Shown: piece by piece, positions 25,001 through 39,100 of the stretch
How the letters are laid out: every line of letters begins with the position of its first letter
How positions within the stretch are numbered: the first letter of the stretch is position 1
Origin: Bugula neritina
Lineage: Eukaryota > Animalia > Bryozoa
DNA length: 64,000 bases
Reading direction: 5' to 3'
NCBI GenBank assembly: GCA_964035545.1
Contig: OZ037768.1
Location: 7,596,741-7,660,740, forward strand
Position numbers and translations under genes: made by a program
Notes under the pieces: generated by a model
What the model saw: the letters and a program-made list of their open reading frames with translations, nothing else
What the model was told of the DNA's origin: nothing
The model's database searches: none

Positions 25001-27604
25001 AGTGAGGAAATGGCTAACAAAGGAAAGGTGGTTATAGTGGCAGCATTGGATGGAACATTTGAACGTCGAGGTAGGGAGATCTGAGACAGGAAATTTTGTG
25101 GTCAAATACAACCATATAATATTAGTTAATCCAGATTATCACCATTTCTTTAAACACTTGAAAATAGGAGATTTGTTGCACAATATCTTACCACTGCCTA
25201 CTTTCAATGGGTTTGTTTGTGTCCAGTAATGTGTTCAATTGATCACTTCCTATAACTTACTACCAGATCTTTCCAAACACAGTTGTGTAACATTTTTATC
25301 CGTTGTTAAAAATTTGAAAACTAGCTATTACAATTTTATATCGTTTAAAATATGCTTTTTATGTGAATTAAATGTTTGCATTTTGATTTGAAGAACTGCA
25401 TAATTTATTTGAATCATGACTGTACACGCTATACGTCAGGAGATATATTAGTAAGAGCCTGGATATTTATGAGCCTGGTGTTATAAATCAAATACTCTTT
25501 ATACTTTAAACCGTGGCTAATCATTCCTCTTGTCACTTGAAGTAATCCCAAATTCGATTGCCACCTCCCAGGCTACTTGAGATTTACCAAATCGTTGAGT
25601 ATTGTATTGTAGAATGTAGCTTGGTAACGGACTTAGTGCACCTTTTCTTTAATCTTTTTCGCCATTAAACGGTCATGCTATAAAATGCCATTTAAATCAA
25701 CTTTTTTGGCAACTGGCTGAGCTATATTTAGTCTTGATTCATCTTCAACTTCAAAACCATCGATTTAACAAATCTTTGTTTCTTTCAGCTCAACTTCTGA
25801 GATTTTAATCCCTTGAAACTATTTGAAACTGGAAGTCGCTTTGCCAATTCTGTCAAAATAATAAATAGTTTAGGATCACTCTGGGAATATCTTATCATAG
25901 GTAATGGCTCTCATTTGGCAGCCTCATCTCATTTTCATGAAATATTTCATAATATACTAGACACTACTTTCCTTATTGCTTGGGAAGAAAAAATTTGGTG
26001 TATTATCTCATATTTCTGTTACCATTTGCTGATGCCAGGTCTATATTGTATATTTCGCTGCTTATAAGCCAAACCTGAAGTTCAGGTAGCACCTTTACGC
26101 ACTTCGGTTATGCATTCAAGTTCCTACAGACCTCTAGATTTTGTAACCTAAAAGCTAGTGCCTGCTGCTGAATACATCTTGTAGGCGAATATCTTACTGA
26201 ATATTAGATGCTATTTCTGCTGTGGCCTTGACACTGTAAATATTTCCTCCTAGGTTTCCACGATATACTGAATTTGGTGCCCTTGGCAGAGAGCGTTATC
26301 AAGCTGAATGCCGTGTGTATGCAATGCTTCAGAGAGGCTTCTTTCACTAAGAGAACATCAGCTGAGACAGAGGTAAATCTAATCAGTCAGCGTTATGAGT
26401 CATCATGACTCATTATAGACAGCTGTGATACAATCTGTGTAAATACTAACAGCTCTAACATCTGAACCAATAACTTTCCATCACTATTGCCTTTCACCCA
26501 CTCCAGTCTGTTAAAAACTTTCCTCGTAGCCCTCTCATTTGCTACTCCCCTTTTCCCTCATCTAATGCTCATTCACTTATTTCTCTGCTCTTCAAAATCT
26601 TCTTTTCCATTTTCTAATTTCAGTTCTTTTTCTATTGATTCCATGATGATCTCATATCTTTTATAATTGCTGGTTTATGCCATGTTTTCTCGTAATTGTT
26701 GTACCACCAACTCAGCAGCCTATCTGAAAGGGTTTGGACTCTTGAAGGACACCTTCTAGTCCTTGTCTCAGTTGTGCACTTTGTCTCCATTATTGAACTC
26801 CTTTAGAATGAGATTTTCTTTGCTTGGCCTGCAATAAAATATTTATTACTCATGAACCCAAAATATGTTTTAATTTACATTCGTTATGTAAAATAGTAAA
26901 TAATTTAGTAGATAAATCATAATTTATGTACATGGCACTGGAGTAGATTTAATAGATAGGATTCCTTTATTCTGTTTTTTCCCCACTGATTCAAAACTTA
27001 ATTACAAGAAGTTTTCGTAAGTACTGGTTAAAAAAATTCTACATTTGTATTATTACAGACTTCCAAGCTATATATTGCTTAACTTTAAAAATCAACAGCT
27101 GTACTTGACTTAAAAAAGTTTGTATTAAAATAACTTGGGTCAAGAATATCAAGTAAGGACATTAGAGCGTAACATAATGATAGCAGCCATGGCTCTGTAA
27201 GCCAACGCAATATTATATAATATGTATAGTAATACTTGCAGCTATGTAAAATTACTTCAAGGAAAGTTTTGACTATATAAACCAACTGTTTGAGCTTCTC
27301 TGTCATATTTAACTATCAATAAAGACCAACCTGTAATATTTAGCATAATATTTTCTCACCTATCCTATCTCCGCCCTGTCCTGTTCAGGTAGCGGGTGTA
27401 ATATGTAGCATATATGACATGTTATATACTTGTGGCATATCTCCGCAGGTAGAAGTTTTAGGGGGATCTGAGAAGTATCTCTCCGTGTGCCGCACCTGTC
27501 ACCAGAACTCGTCAAAGGAACCCTCACCTCGTAAATCTAAACAGTACCAGCGGAAATATGGCTCTAAACATGTCGTGGATCTAACAGGCAGGTTGGACAA
27601 GTGA
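22093..27604 (+). CDS. TK1: Cytosolic thymidine kinase (TK1 family), 7 coding exons, 219 aa
   Basis: Exons 22093-22134, 22791-22822, 23043-23156, 24040-24145, 24980-25070, 26254-26372, 27449-27604, total 660 nt. Motifs [21 protein letters not shown] (P-loop), [45 protein letters not shown] and [16 protein letters not shown] (both Zn CxxC pairs). Confidence 0.96.
23171..23385. repeat. 14-bp minisatellite (consensus ACTCACCTGCTATG), about 15 copies, in TK1 intron 3
   Basis: Direct reading: actcacctgctatg actcacctgctata actcacctgctatg acatacctactata actcacctgctatg. Confidence 0.9.
24330..24507 (-). mobile_element. Diverged tRNA-derived SINE
   Basis: Minus strand starts GGGCAGGTGTGGCTCAGTGAATAGAGC (A-box-like) and has GGTCAAACTCC (B-box-like). 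It continues GCTGATGTCAAGATGGGTACGGGCTAAAACTGCT, loosely resembling the core of the other SINE copies. Confidence 0.55.
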
Positions 27605-30331
27605 TGGTAACAGTCTCTTTACTATATATCTTTCTGTACAGTATAGTATTTTTGTATTGTAATTTTTTGTAAACTAAAAAGATGCTGAAAGTTAACTAAG
27701 TAAGCTGAACTACTCGGCCAATTAAGATTGTCTTATATAGAGTATGTGGAGATAACTTGTTTCACTAACTTACTCTGTAATTTAAAGTGAGGAGTTAACA
27801 GTGTATGAACAATGAGCTGTGTGCCACCATCAGTTTTGTTTATTTTCAAAACGTTTTTGTTTTGTACTAATCTGCAGTCATTTATCATAGCAATGGTTAT
27901 GATTTGTATCAAACTTCTACTTGCTGAAACAGTATAATATGATAATGAGGTGATTGTGGCTTTGGCTGTAGCTTAAAATCTTGTCACCTTACGCTACCTG
28001 TTATGATTGATTTTCTCATTTTACTAATTTACATCAATTTATGTTAAAATGTTACTTTTATGCTAATGATTTAAAACAATATGTAAATGATTTCTGTCAT
28101 TTTGTGGATTTTATAAAACGAAACTGGTTGTTATAGCAACTACTTTGTTGAATGGCAACATGAATAAACTATATGTAACTTTCACCACATATTCAGATAT
28201 TTAAATAACTCTATGAAATTTTTATATGTTGTTTTCTAACGTACATTGCTATATCATCACAACATAACATGTTCTTTTTAGTATCATTAGTTGATGGTTT
28301 GCTCTGAGCTTTGCCATTATATAAGCCCTATATAACTATTCTTTAGTTAGATGGCTAGCTAGAGACCTTGTGAGGTACATGTCTAATGTTTTAAAGTTTG
28401 TTCAAGGTTGAGTTTTGAAAAGCAAATTGTGATATAGTTTATGAGTTATGTTTAGTGTTGCTGGAACCGCATCTTGGCAGTGTTTTGAAACTAGGCTAGT
28501 TGTGAGATTTGTTCAGGCAGTTATAATCTGGGTATTTTGCAAGTTCTTTTCTCCATAGGTGTGCAACAAATTAATTCATAAAAATAGGCATTCAAGGACT
28601 AAACTTGCCGGCTTGTGATTATTATCGTATTTTTTTTATCTTTGACTATTAGTTTCAAACTCAAGGCCACCAGTCTAAATGCACTTGATAAAAATCACTA
28701 CCGAACAGTGCAAAAGGTGGGGACAGCATTATCACCACCTCCAGTTCAAGTACATATATGTATATCAATTAGGTGTATCATAAATTGGTGGTAATTGAGC
28801 TAGTATCAATTCATATGATAATTTTTTTGAGAATAAAACCCGAAATTGGAACCCTGACATTATAAAATAACTAAAGAGATAATAATTTGGTCAGTTACAA
28901 TTCAGTTAGTGGACAAATTGAATATAGAGTGTTGTAATTGCTTCCTTAAATAAATTTTTCTTGTGTTTATTGAAAAAAGTTAATTCTTAGCAAATCTAAA
29001 CAGAAAGAAAATTGCACAAAAGTAACTGCTACTAATTCTGATAAAACTAGGTCAATCAATCATCTCTTTTGCTTTCAGGGAGTTCAAAAGTGCTTAAATC
29101 CTTCAGCGTTGTAAAAAATTTGTAGTTGTGCCAGATTTGAAGATCAGTATAAGAAGGTTTCAATAAGCAATTTTCTGCCACATATATCAACTTGATAGTT
29201 GATTACAAATCATGTTTCAACAGACCTTTTTTTCAGATCCAATAAAATTCAAAATTCCAACTATTATTAATTTAGCACCATAAATTCTTATACTGTTAGA
29301 TTTTAAATAAAATAAGATTTTTATTGATTTTCTCGAATGGTAATTAGAACAATATTTTGTATGAACAGCTCTTGGCAAAACTTACTCTTGATGTAAAAGT
29401 AGATTGACATTTGGTTCGGTTAACCAACCTGCATTTTTAACCAGATCTCATTTTAAAATATCTAAATTTTATTAGCAATTTGTTTCTAGTTTCTTTTTAT
29501 TTTAAATTAAAAACATTTCAACGGAAAACATAACTTTCCAACTAATGGTACAATTTCTCAGTCAAACCTACAAAATACCAGCTAGCATAATATATCTATA
29601 ATGGTAATTGCATTATGTTTACCACCACTATAATATTGTGCATTATTCTAAAGTAATGCTGAATTTATATTGCAAACAATATAAGGGTTATTAGGCTTAG
29701 TTAATTAAATGTGGACAAAACTATTGCATTATGTAGATGACTTGAAGATGGTGGTAAAATATGTCAAACATTATAATTTTTATTGTTATAAATTGTAATC
29801 CCAATGTTTTTGCCAATAAATGTCACTGCTATGTTGAATAACTTTGTCCCTAATAAAATAGAGTGAACTAAGAAAGCTGCAGTTCTTGTTGCAAAACTTA
29901 ATGGTAGCTTCTGCCAGATGGCAATTTTTCTTCTCAGCTGTTTTTCCAGTAGCTAGGCATATATTTTGATTACAAATAGATTAAGATTAAAACTTCATCA
30001 ATTCTATAGCAATTGCAATAAATGTCTAGTCATGTTATGCTTTGTAAATGCACCTGGTGTAAACTACTCTAATAGTTGTAAACGATTAAATTTGCTCAGT
30101 TACCTATATCTTTTTATAAAACATTTTCCATATGACGGAAAAGGTTGCTAGCCTATTTGAAATCACAATATTATATGCCCTACTTGTTACCTTTTCTATT
30201 GATTATATACAAGTTAATCAATTCTAGCCACACAAAATATAATATTGTGATTATTTTTTATGGGTAAACAATACTACAATTTTTTTATAACATTTGCATC
30301 AACTCGCCTTTGGAAATTTGATTTGTTATTT

Positions 30332-30595
30332 GATTTTAGTTAAAAATGGCACAGGTAAAAATGGCACAAATGGCAAAGAAGCTAAAATTGGCACATTTTC
30401 AATATTGGGGGGGGGGGGGGGTTTCGGAATAGGAGTTTGAATTTGGGTGTGGGTTTAAGAGTTGAGGGTTTGAGTTTGGCGTTTGGGAAAATTTAACATC
30501 AGCGTGCCATTTTTTCCTACTTTTTCATTTGTGTCTATATTACCTGTGCCATTGTTAACTGTGCCATTTTACCAGTGCCATTTTAACCTAAAATC
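30332..30595. mobile_element. MITE / non-autonomous DNA transposon with repeat-built terminal inverted repeats and a central G-run
   Basis: Left end gattttagttaaaaatggcacaggtaaaaatggcaca; right end reverse-complemented gattttaggttaaaatggcactggtaaaatggcaca. AATGGCAC subunits are repeated in each arm, with a G15 run at 30407-30421. No clean TSD. Confidence 0.75.
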
Positions 30596-31931
30596 GGTAA
30601 TAATATAGAAGATGAAGTAATAAAAATATAAAGCAATTCAAGTTTAATTTCTGGGTGTAGTAGAGAAATCATGTTCAATGACTAATAAGATGCTCAACCA
30701 AAGTTTATATTTAAATTAAAATACGATTGCAAGTGCAGCTTCTTCAGGAGAGGGCAGATCCTTGAGTGCATGGTGCAAATTTGATTATCTAAATCTCTTC
30801 TTGATGACTTCGTGAGTGCTACTTCAAACATGCAAGGGTTAACAGCCAGACTCAATAAAAGGGGTACCCTCGGTTCTCAAGATTGTATCTTTATCTAGTA
30901 ACTCAGTTCTTTTCTGGAGAGAAAGTCATTGCATATCAATTAATATTAGCTTACCTATGCATAGTAATAAGTCATTATTAGTGCAAGTTTATTAGGTTCC
31001 GGTTTTTGGTGTTACTATTGTTGATGATCTGATAATATTTATGGATTCATTGCTGTTTTCTTAGATGGTAGGTTTTCTGTATAATCAGCTCAGGTTGGAT
31101 TATTCATCCCCAATTCTGGCACCAGTTCAGCATTTAGATTGTGTGATACTGGTGTGAGTTCTATAAAAAGACTCCTGATAATATTTTTATTTATTCTGGT
31201 AATTATCATAATGAGTCAACAATATCTAGTTGTAAATCAGTAGGCTAGGATCACCTACTGTTGATTGTTACTGACTCACAATACCTGTTGAGAAAATAAG
31301 TGGTATGTTGGGGGTGGGTGTTATATCTCCCTCTTTTTGTGTTTTAGACTCAGAACCTACTGATGTTCATTTACATAACTTCGTGCTTTCATTGATAAAT
31401 AACTATCCAGTATTGCATCAGCTGGTGTTAAATTATGTTCTAGGCATTTCTCTGCACAGATTTTATTTTTTATCTGTTTTAGATTTTTGTTATACGCAGC
31501 ATGTTATATAATCTTATAATGTCATTTGGCATATTTCAAACGTTTTCACTTGGGGTCCTCTAGTTTACCTCCAACTCACCAGATGTATTATAACAGGGAG
31601 ACTAACACTAAACTGTGCCTTAAGTCATTATTGGTAGTTTTAGTTGCACAACAACTTAGCAGTAAACAGAGCTGGGCTTTCTTGTATTTTCCTGGTGTAC
31701 TCTTTCAAGATGTAACCCTGATTATTGTAATATTTATTGTTCTAAAACAATATACTACAATGGTTTGCTGTACTGTGGTTGTAACAAATCCTGATGCGTT
31801 TGTTAACCTGTAGAGTTGACACTTTAATTGTGCTAGACAATTCACCAGTCTCCTGTGACAGTCAGGTCTGTTAAATCTACCAGCTTTTATTTGTCCGGAT
31901 AACCTATGAGAAATGTTTGTCCTTTGAAGGA

Positions 31932-31959
<28 letters not shown>
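31932..31959. repeat. (AT)n microsatellite
   Basis: Uninterrupted AT dinucleotide run. Confidence 0.95.
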
Positions 31960-31962
<3 letters not shown>

Positions 31963-32524
31963 ACAACTCTAATAGAAAAACAATTAATACATATTGATTT
32001 TTTCTTGCCGGTGGCTACATTCATGAGTACATTTAAGAGTTTGGAACAAATATTTTAATTTCAGATAATTTTGTTTTATAGTTTCTGTAACATCTATGCA
32101 TCTTTGAACTATTTAAAACTAAAGCTCAGTCATTTTTTAATGGTAATTGGTAAATTTTCACTTTCAAATGTCTATATTGATAACATAATTTAAATTTAGA
32201 TGGTAAGCTATAATCATTGCATTTTCAGCCTCTCAAAAAGAATCAAAACAATTTTGTTGTTTATAAAGTTGCATAAATCATAATATTCTTTTTTAATTAT
32301 ACAAGATAACTTCATGGTGGAATATACTGAAACCCAGCCTATATTATTACTAATCATCTTTAACTTGCAACTCTGGTGCCACAAGAACTTCATTATCATT
32401 AGTAATTACATACTAAACTGAAAGGTGGTCTGTTCTCATTGACACTTTTTATGAATGGAATTGCAGCAGCCTTTGATTAGACCAGTCTATACGAATTGGT
32501 GTATTCCGTTCCCCAGTAACCACT

Positions 32525-32837
32525 TCGGCCAATCACATGACTCGCACACCTGAGAGGCTGCACTAGCATACGTTAGCCTTGAGATGCACAGTGACATTGC
32601 GATGGCATATAGATTATGGAGTACTCCCAGCATATCATTATCAATGTATCGCTCAAAGAGTTAACACAGCCTAATTCTATCTGCATGCTGTTATAGCAAT
32701 AAGTTTAATAATTTTTTTAGAAATTTTAGAGCTTAGCTTTGCTGAACTACAACTTCACTCCAAATTTTACCGAGATCAAAATCATCGCTATTCAGTGAGA
32801 GTTTGGCAGCTCTCCAGATTACCTTTCCTCTGACCAG
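32525..32837 (+). promoter_or_regulatory. Candidate distal promoter and non-coding first exon of the Ets gene
   Basis: GGCCAATCACATGAC (CCAAT plus E-box) near 32527-32541, a consensus donor CAG|GTGAGT at 32837/32838, and an acceptor AACAG| at 33162 just before ATG 33189. It contains a 20-codon uORF at 32602-32664. Confidence 0.55.
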
Positions 32838-33188
32838 GTGAGTGACAGTGTTGTCAAATAGTCAACAGACAAGCCACACTTCAGGTATTGACACGAAACT
32901 TGCATGGCACAAGATGTCTGCAATTATTTCAATATTCAACATACACCTTAGTTAACTCAAAGCTGTTATATTCTAATTATGGGCTTAGTTTTGTGCCTTG
33001 GAGCCTAATTTTATTATTTTACAATATGATTTTATTGCTTGCTAAAACACTTGGCTGGTCTATATAAGTGATCTTCATTGCCTTGGTTTAGCCCTGAAGA
33101 AAGAGGTGTTGTGATTACTATTGTTCAGCTGAGCCATCCATCTATTGTGCACTTGTAAACAGGGTTTGAACTTATTTTTGGGGCAGGA

Positions 33189-36100
33189 ATGATGGAAGTG
33201 GAGATTTTTAGGGAAATTCCACAAAACATAGGTTTTGAGGACACTTCATCATTTTACATGGATAGAGACAGCAGCAACAACTACAAAGGGGCTCACAGGC
33301 AGCAGCAGCACACCCCCTCCTCCTACACAGAAGGCAGCAGTTCTGTTGAGTCCAGCCCTCACAGCTATTACTCTGACTTTACGCAAACTGCAAATCAGGT
33401 TGGTACCAGTTTCATGTTTCTGCTGACGGTATGCTAAAGTAGCTGAGTGTACAGTGAAACGGTTGATAAAGCAACTATACTTAATGTATGGAATTTATTT
33501 CTGAGAGTTAAAAAAGTTTGTTCCCTTTTCAAACTAGTAGAAAATGGTGAGATGAGGGTAAAGGTGAGGGTGTAGGCCTATATTTATGGTAGATGCAACT
33601 ATACTATTTATTACACGTTTATCAAAAATTAATTGGCCAATTGACAAAATAAATTACATTTTAACAGTCAGATTTTTACTACTTTGTAGTTACTACAGCA
33701 AGACACACTCTATTAAACACTAATAAGTAGATGCACTTTTCTACTTTAGAGGTTTATTGGCTTTTTTGACAGTTTTTATACAAATATTTCTGATAGGAAA
33801 GTAATTTAATTATTTTTAATAGCAATCCCTGCTTTGCATCAGCAATATATGGTCATTATAATATTCTATGAGGGTCTGATAGCCTTCTATGTATACCTTG
33901 TAATCATAGTAGCTATAGCATTGGTAGAAATGTAATGGTAAAGTAGAACAAAATTTTTCATCCAATGTGGTAATGAAGCAGTTACTGTTTGTAATCAATC
34001 CCCAAGAAACTGGTAGTATATTCTAGAAGTTTTATTGCAATATGTAAAGGTTATTAAAATAATTAAATAGCTTAATATGCAGCAATGTGCATGCATGAAT
34101 TTCTCTAGGGATTGTAACAAGTTACGATCTATATACTACTATTACAGTACTCAGTTATAATGATTTATCAATATTGGAATTTATTTTAAAAAATATTTAA
34201 ATTTTTAGAGTTATGGCTGCTTATAAATTTTGTAAAGTTGCTTACTATAATGAGAAGGCAAAATTCTATTCCTCTCTAAAACTTAACCTATCCATTTATT
34301 TATCCATACAATTGATATAAGTTGTATTAAACAAAGTCAATAGTATTTTATTTTCATAACTATATGTAGAACTTCCCAGAAGTGGAGAACGCCACCACAA
34401 CCCCCAGTACTGAAATGGTTTCACCTTATGCACCTCAGCAAGCATGCAGTTACAATAGTGACAGGGCATCCTTGGATATTTCCTTTCTGCACGACTTCAT
34501 TTGTGGTGAGTCATCTTTTGTTCCTTTTTAGAAAAGAAATACTACAGAAGTACGTTAATAGTTCCTCAATGCAAATTCCTAGAAGTAATCACTCATATTA
34601 TCTGTGCTATTAAATCTAAAAGTTTTTCTTTTAAGTTTGCAAATCTTGAATAGGGTAAAACGTGGGGGCTAATAATAATTTATTAAAATTGAGTTTGCCA
34701 GCTTAGAGCTTTGACATAAATATGACATTCAGGTAAAATCTGCTATACCCAGTTAAAACATCGTTTATTGTATTTTTAATAATCATACTAGTAATTTGTA
34801 AGCAGTTTTTATATGGTGTCGTGTGATTCTGATTGGGAAAGCTTTGATGTATAAAATCTATTTTTAAAAGAAAATATTGGTTTTGTGTGAAGGAACAGTC
34901 CACGATCTAAAGTAACTAAATAGTTATTTGTATTCAGGGGTACTCTGTCCATTTATCATGGCATTAAATAATATTTCAGTTGGCAAGTTTAACAGGCCAC
35001 TTTAGTGAGTTGTTTTGTCTTGCACCATGCCCCAGTGTTCTGTGGACTCTGTGTACACCATTCTCATTGTCTCTCACAAAGTCTCACCAACATATTTGAC
35101 ATTTGTATTTTTTGCTCTTAGGACTTAGGCAAGGGTTTTTGCTAGGCAAACCGAGTTTTCATTGATTTTTGTCAACAGAGGTAATATTTACCCACAGCAA
35201 TAGCATTTTGCTCCTTTTTTTGCCAAAAGCTACAAACAGCTTAAAAACAATGTAATCAGCTCAATTGTATAGTCTATAATTTAGCCCTATATCTGAGTGT
35301 ATGATAATTCATAGCTTTTTCACTTTTCTCTCTCTTCAAGCTTGAATTTAATTATAAACATTAAATTGGCAACATAACCTAATCTCTGTCAATCTTAAAG
35401 TAATGGTCTAGTATTTTATATAAACTAAAAATTATTTCTCACACCTGGATGTGTTTCATTGACAAGGTTTTATTTCTAAAATGATGATTTTAATCATTAA
35501 TACTCCATCAATCATCCACTGTGCCAAGTTGCAAATTTAAAATTTTCGTTTGCCGTTTCTCCACTAACTATAGCTGATGACTAATGCAACGGATTATAGT
35601 GTAGAATATGCAAATTGGTAAATTATTATGTTATGCATACAAGATTTAGTTAGCTGTGGGCTGACAGCTAAAATCTCTATTTCCATAAGGATTGAAGGGC
35701 CTGTAAAAAAGCAAGAATTTATTACTTTCTAACTTCTTGGGCTGAAGTTGTTTGTAGACCCTGGATATATTTTACAGCCACAAAATACTTTCCCTCATGC
35801 CAGTAGTGTCTAGTAAGAAAACAAGAGTGCTTCCTGAGATTACCTACCTTTTGCATACATAAATAATCATCACGCAGTTCTTAGAGTCAATGAATTAGGG
35901 AATTTTTCTATCAATGAACACAAATGGCAAAAATACAGCAGGAATACAATTTTAGCCACAAAAACTTCATTGCAATAACATATACTTACACATTGTCAGC
36001 CATGTTGGAGTCTGCACCAAATGAATACAACTGATTGGTAGACTTTCACACGATGCCGTCTGCTAAAGGCATCAGTGAAATTTATTATCTACACATAGCT

Positions 36101-39100
36101 TATATTACGAGTATAATGTAGTTTGTAACATGACAAGTCTGAGGGTTGTTTTGAAGTGAAACATGTGTTTACCTACATCCAGTTTTTAGAGCTTTTATAA
36201 ATGTTTAAAATTCATTATTTACTTTAATCCATTCTGCAGACATTTTACAGTTTCATTGCCAAGTAATTTGAATATTAGCCATTAGGGTGGTGATATCAAC
36301 ACATAAAATTACTGTTTTTTCCCAAATATAACGATCACGATCAAGTTATTGTCAAAAGTCAGTTATAAAAAGTATTTGTGTTGGCATTATATGGAAGATA
36401 TCATATCAAGTACAAATTCATTCACAAGTGCGAACAGTTTCATATACGTATTCGAAATAATTTCTAGCAGCTACTGTAAGGCACACAATTCAATAGACTA
36501 GTGTTTGTTTGCTCGTGTGTCATTGATGTTGAAGATTGTATCAGCTTGTTAATATAATGTTGGAGTGTTTAAGCTGATGGTCAAGATATGGAGAATGATA
36601 TTCCCCACTTTTACTGACATCACCATAAGTGTTAGCTCTTCTCTACAAGCTATCTTATTACTCTGTTAACACATTGATTACTGTATCTATGACTAATAGG
36701 CACAAAGAGCATAATATAAATATCAACAGAAATAAATGATCTGTGAATATATATGAGCAGCTTTACCTACCATCTCACAGGTTTTTACCTGCACAGTAAA
36801 TATTAGTACCTACATAGCTAATAAAATTATACATAATTTAATATAATAAAATGGTATTAGTATTAATATACAGAGTGAACTAAGTTGTTAAGTTGAGTGG
36901 CGCTGTCATTTCCTAGGCAGCATCTGATTAGTATTAGCTAATTAGCGTGTAAACACACAAACAGAAATGTAGCCTTCAATCTCGGCATTAGCTGAGTTAT
37001 TAGAACCACCCCTGTAGAGTCTCGTAAGACATCAAACTGGCCCTATTTATACCTAGTCAATTTACTTCACTTATTTAGCTGTTTTTTTACCTTAAATTTA
37101 ATATATTTTTAGTTTTTATTTTTTGTTCTGCGGAGCTATGAATTTTCATAGTTGTTTCCTATTTAGCATAATCAGTATGCTAGCTATACATGAATATTAA
37201 ACTATCAATTGAACATATATAGTTTATTATATATACGTTGAAATATTAGAGTTTACGTAATGTACAAAATTTCTCTAATTTCAAATAATACTTCAACATT
37301 CAAGCAAATAATTTAATGACTATAAAATATTGTTTTTCACATTAATAATACTGAAATTTTGATAACGTTTTTGCCATTAACGATGGTAAACTGTATAATA
37401 AATGAAGAATTAAATATATTAGTTCCACCCTTTTATAGTCCAATACAAGTTTGCAACGCCTTGATTATATAAACAATTCATATGCTAGCTGCACATGTTC
37501 GACACCCACTGCTAGATCCAGCTTTGACTTGTAAAACTTCCGTGTAGAAATGATACAGCATAATTATGGTGCATTTTTATTATCTTTACTTGTTCAACCA
37601 TTTCTAGTTATAGTTGTCTCAGGTCGAGTTTGTATTTCATAATCATTATTGAATTAATATTAATTATTCATTTAATAAAAGTTGTTCTCTGCTAGCCATT
37701 TTGTGATTAATTGCTAATACTTTCCTCCATAATTTGTTCAATTAATGTGGCCATAAACACATTATCCACCTTGTGTTGTGGCTATGCAGCAGTAGCTGTA
37801 TTCAGGCCCTTGAAAGCCTTTCTCAGGATGTTAGTGGTTCCGCTTGATTTTATATTAAAAGCTTCAATGAAAGCAGGTGGTGTAAAAGTTTATACATCAA
37901 GTCATTAGCCAATCAAATTCAAGAAAACTAATAGTAACCTGCAACTCATCAACAAACAAGATGCACTTAATAGAAGTAGAAGTTGCTTTCTCTCTACAGT
38001 TTATTACAATGCTATGCCCTCCCCAGAGATCTGCCAATAAACTGCCTCGTCAGATAAGTCTTTAGCTATATCTTTCTTGTAAATCTTATCTGCCTGAGAC
38101 CAGGATATATGCTTTCCTGCATAGAAGTCATATAGTGTTATGGAAAGGTGTATACACCAAGAAATACTAGCTAATAGAACACACACTAAGCATTGCTCTT
38201 TTATAATTACCTACTAGGATTTGTGTATGTCAATTTTTTTCTAGCTTGTTTTAATGTCTATACTATTACAGCTATAAGTAGGCAAAAGCCTGTGAGTTTT
38301 CAAAAAAGTTTGATATTACTCTGGAAATTCACTTGGTGCACAGGCTACCTGGTTCTATTTTATTTGTCATTAGTTGAGCAAATGCTTTCTATTTAGCATT
38401 AATTAATGCCTAACAGCATGAACTGTGGTATAGCATTAGTTATGAAAAGCATAGACTTTGGCTCCATATACAAATATAGTTATTAAGATAATTTGTAGAT
38501 TGTTTTTGTTTTAGTTATTAATCATTTTTAGTGGCCTGTAATTTAAAAACTAACGTTTAATTTATCTGCTTGCTTTCTGTGAAAATATATATGTATATAT
38601 TTAATTTTTTAAGTTGTTAATTCATTTTAGAATTTACATATGCTTTTTACAAACTGTAAATTATCTAATGAAATAATAAGTCTTTGTACTTATAAATCAA
38701 TTTGTTTGCTTCCAGATAATTTTAATAACATCATTTGAGTTTAGAATATGGCTACCTAATTATTTCAGAATGGGCATAAAAGGCTAAATGGAACATAGAA
38801 TTTTTTTATTTCGCTGAAAAGAATTATAGGCTCTTGCCAGTGATAATTATGATAAAAATTTTAAAAAATATAGCTAATAAGAAACATCAAGATTATAATA
38901 AATATTGTTGTTGATCATTTCAATAATATCTTATAGACATAACATAATGATATACCTGTTAGGTCTGACGTCATAGATTTCTGTTGTCTTCACTGCTGCT
39001 GTTTGGTATAAGATCGGTCATTGTCCTGCGATAACTAACCATACAGCTCACTTCCATCTAGTCTTGAAATACTGAAGTAGTAATAACCTACTGAATATTT

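Noticed and set aside
14480-27610. Selenocysteine or programmed read-through at the TGA stops of ENT and TK1
   Set aside because: Both stops fall where the families normally end, another stop follows within a few codons, and no SECIS-like structure was recognised.
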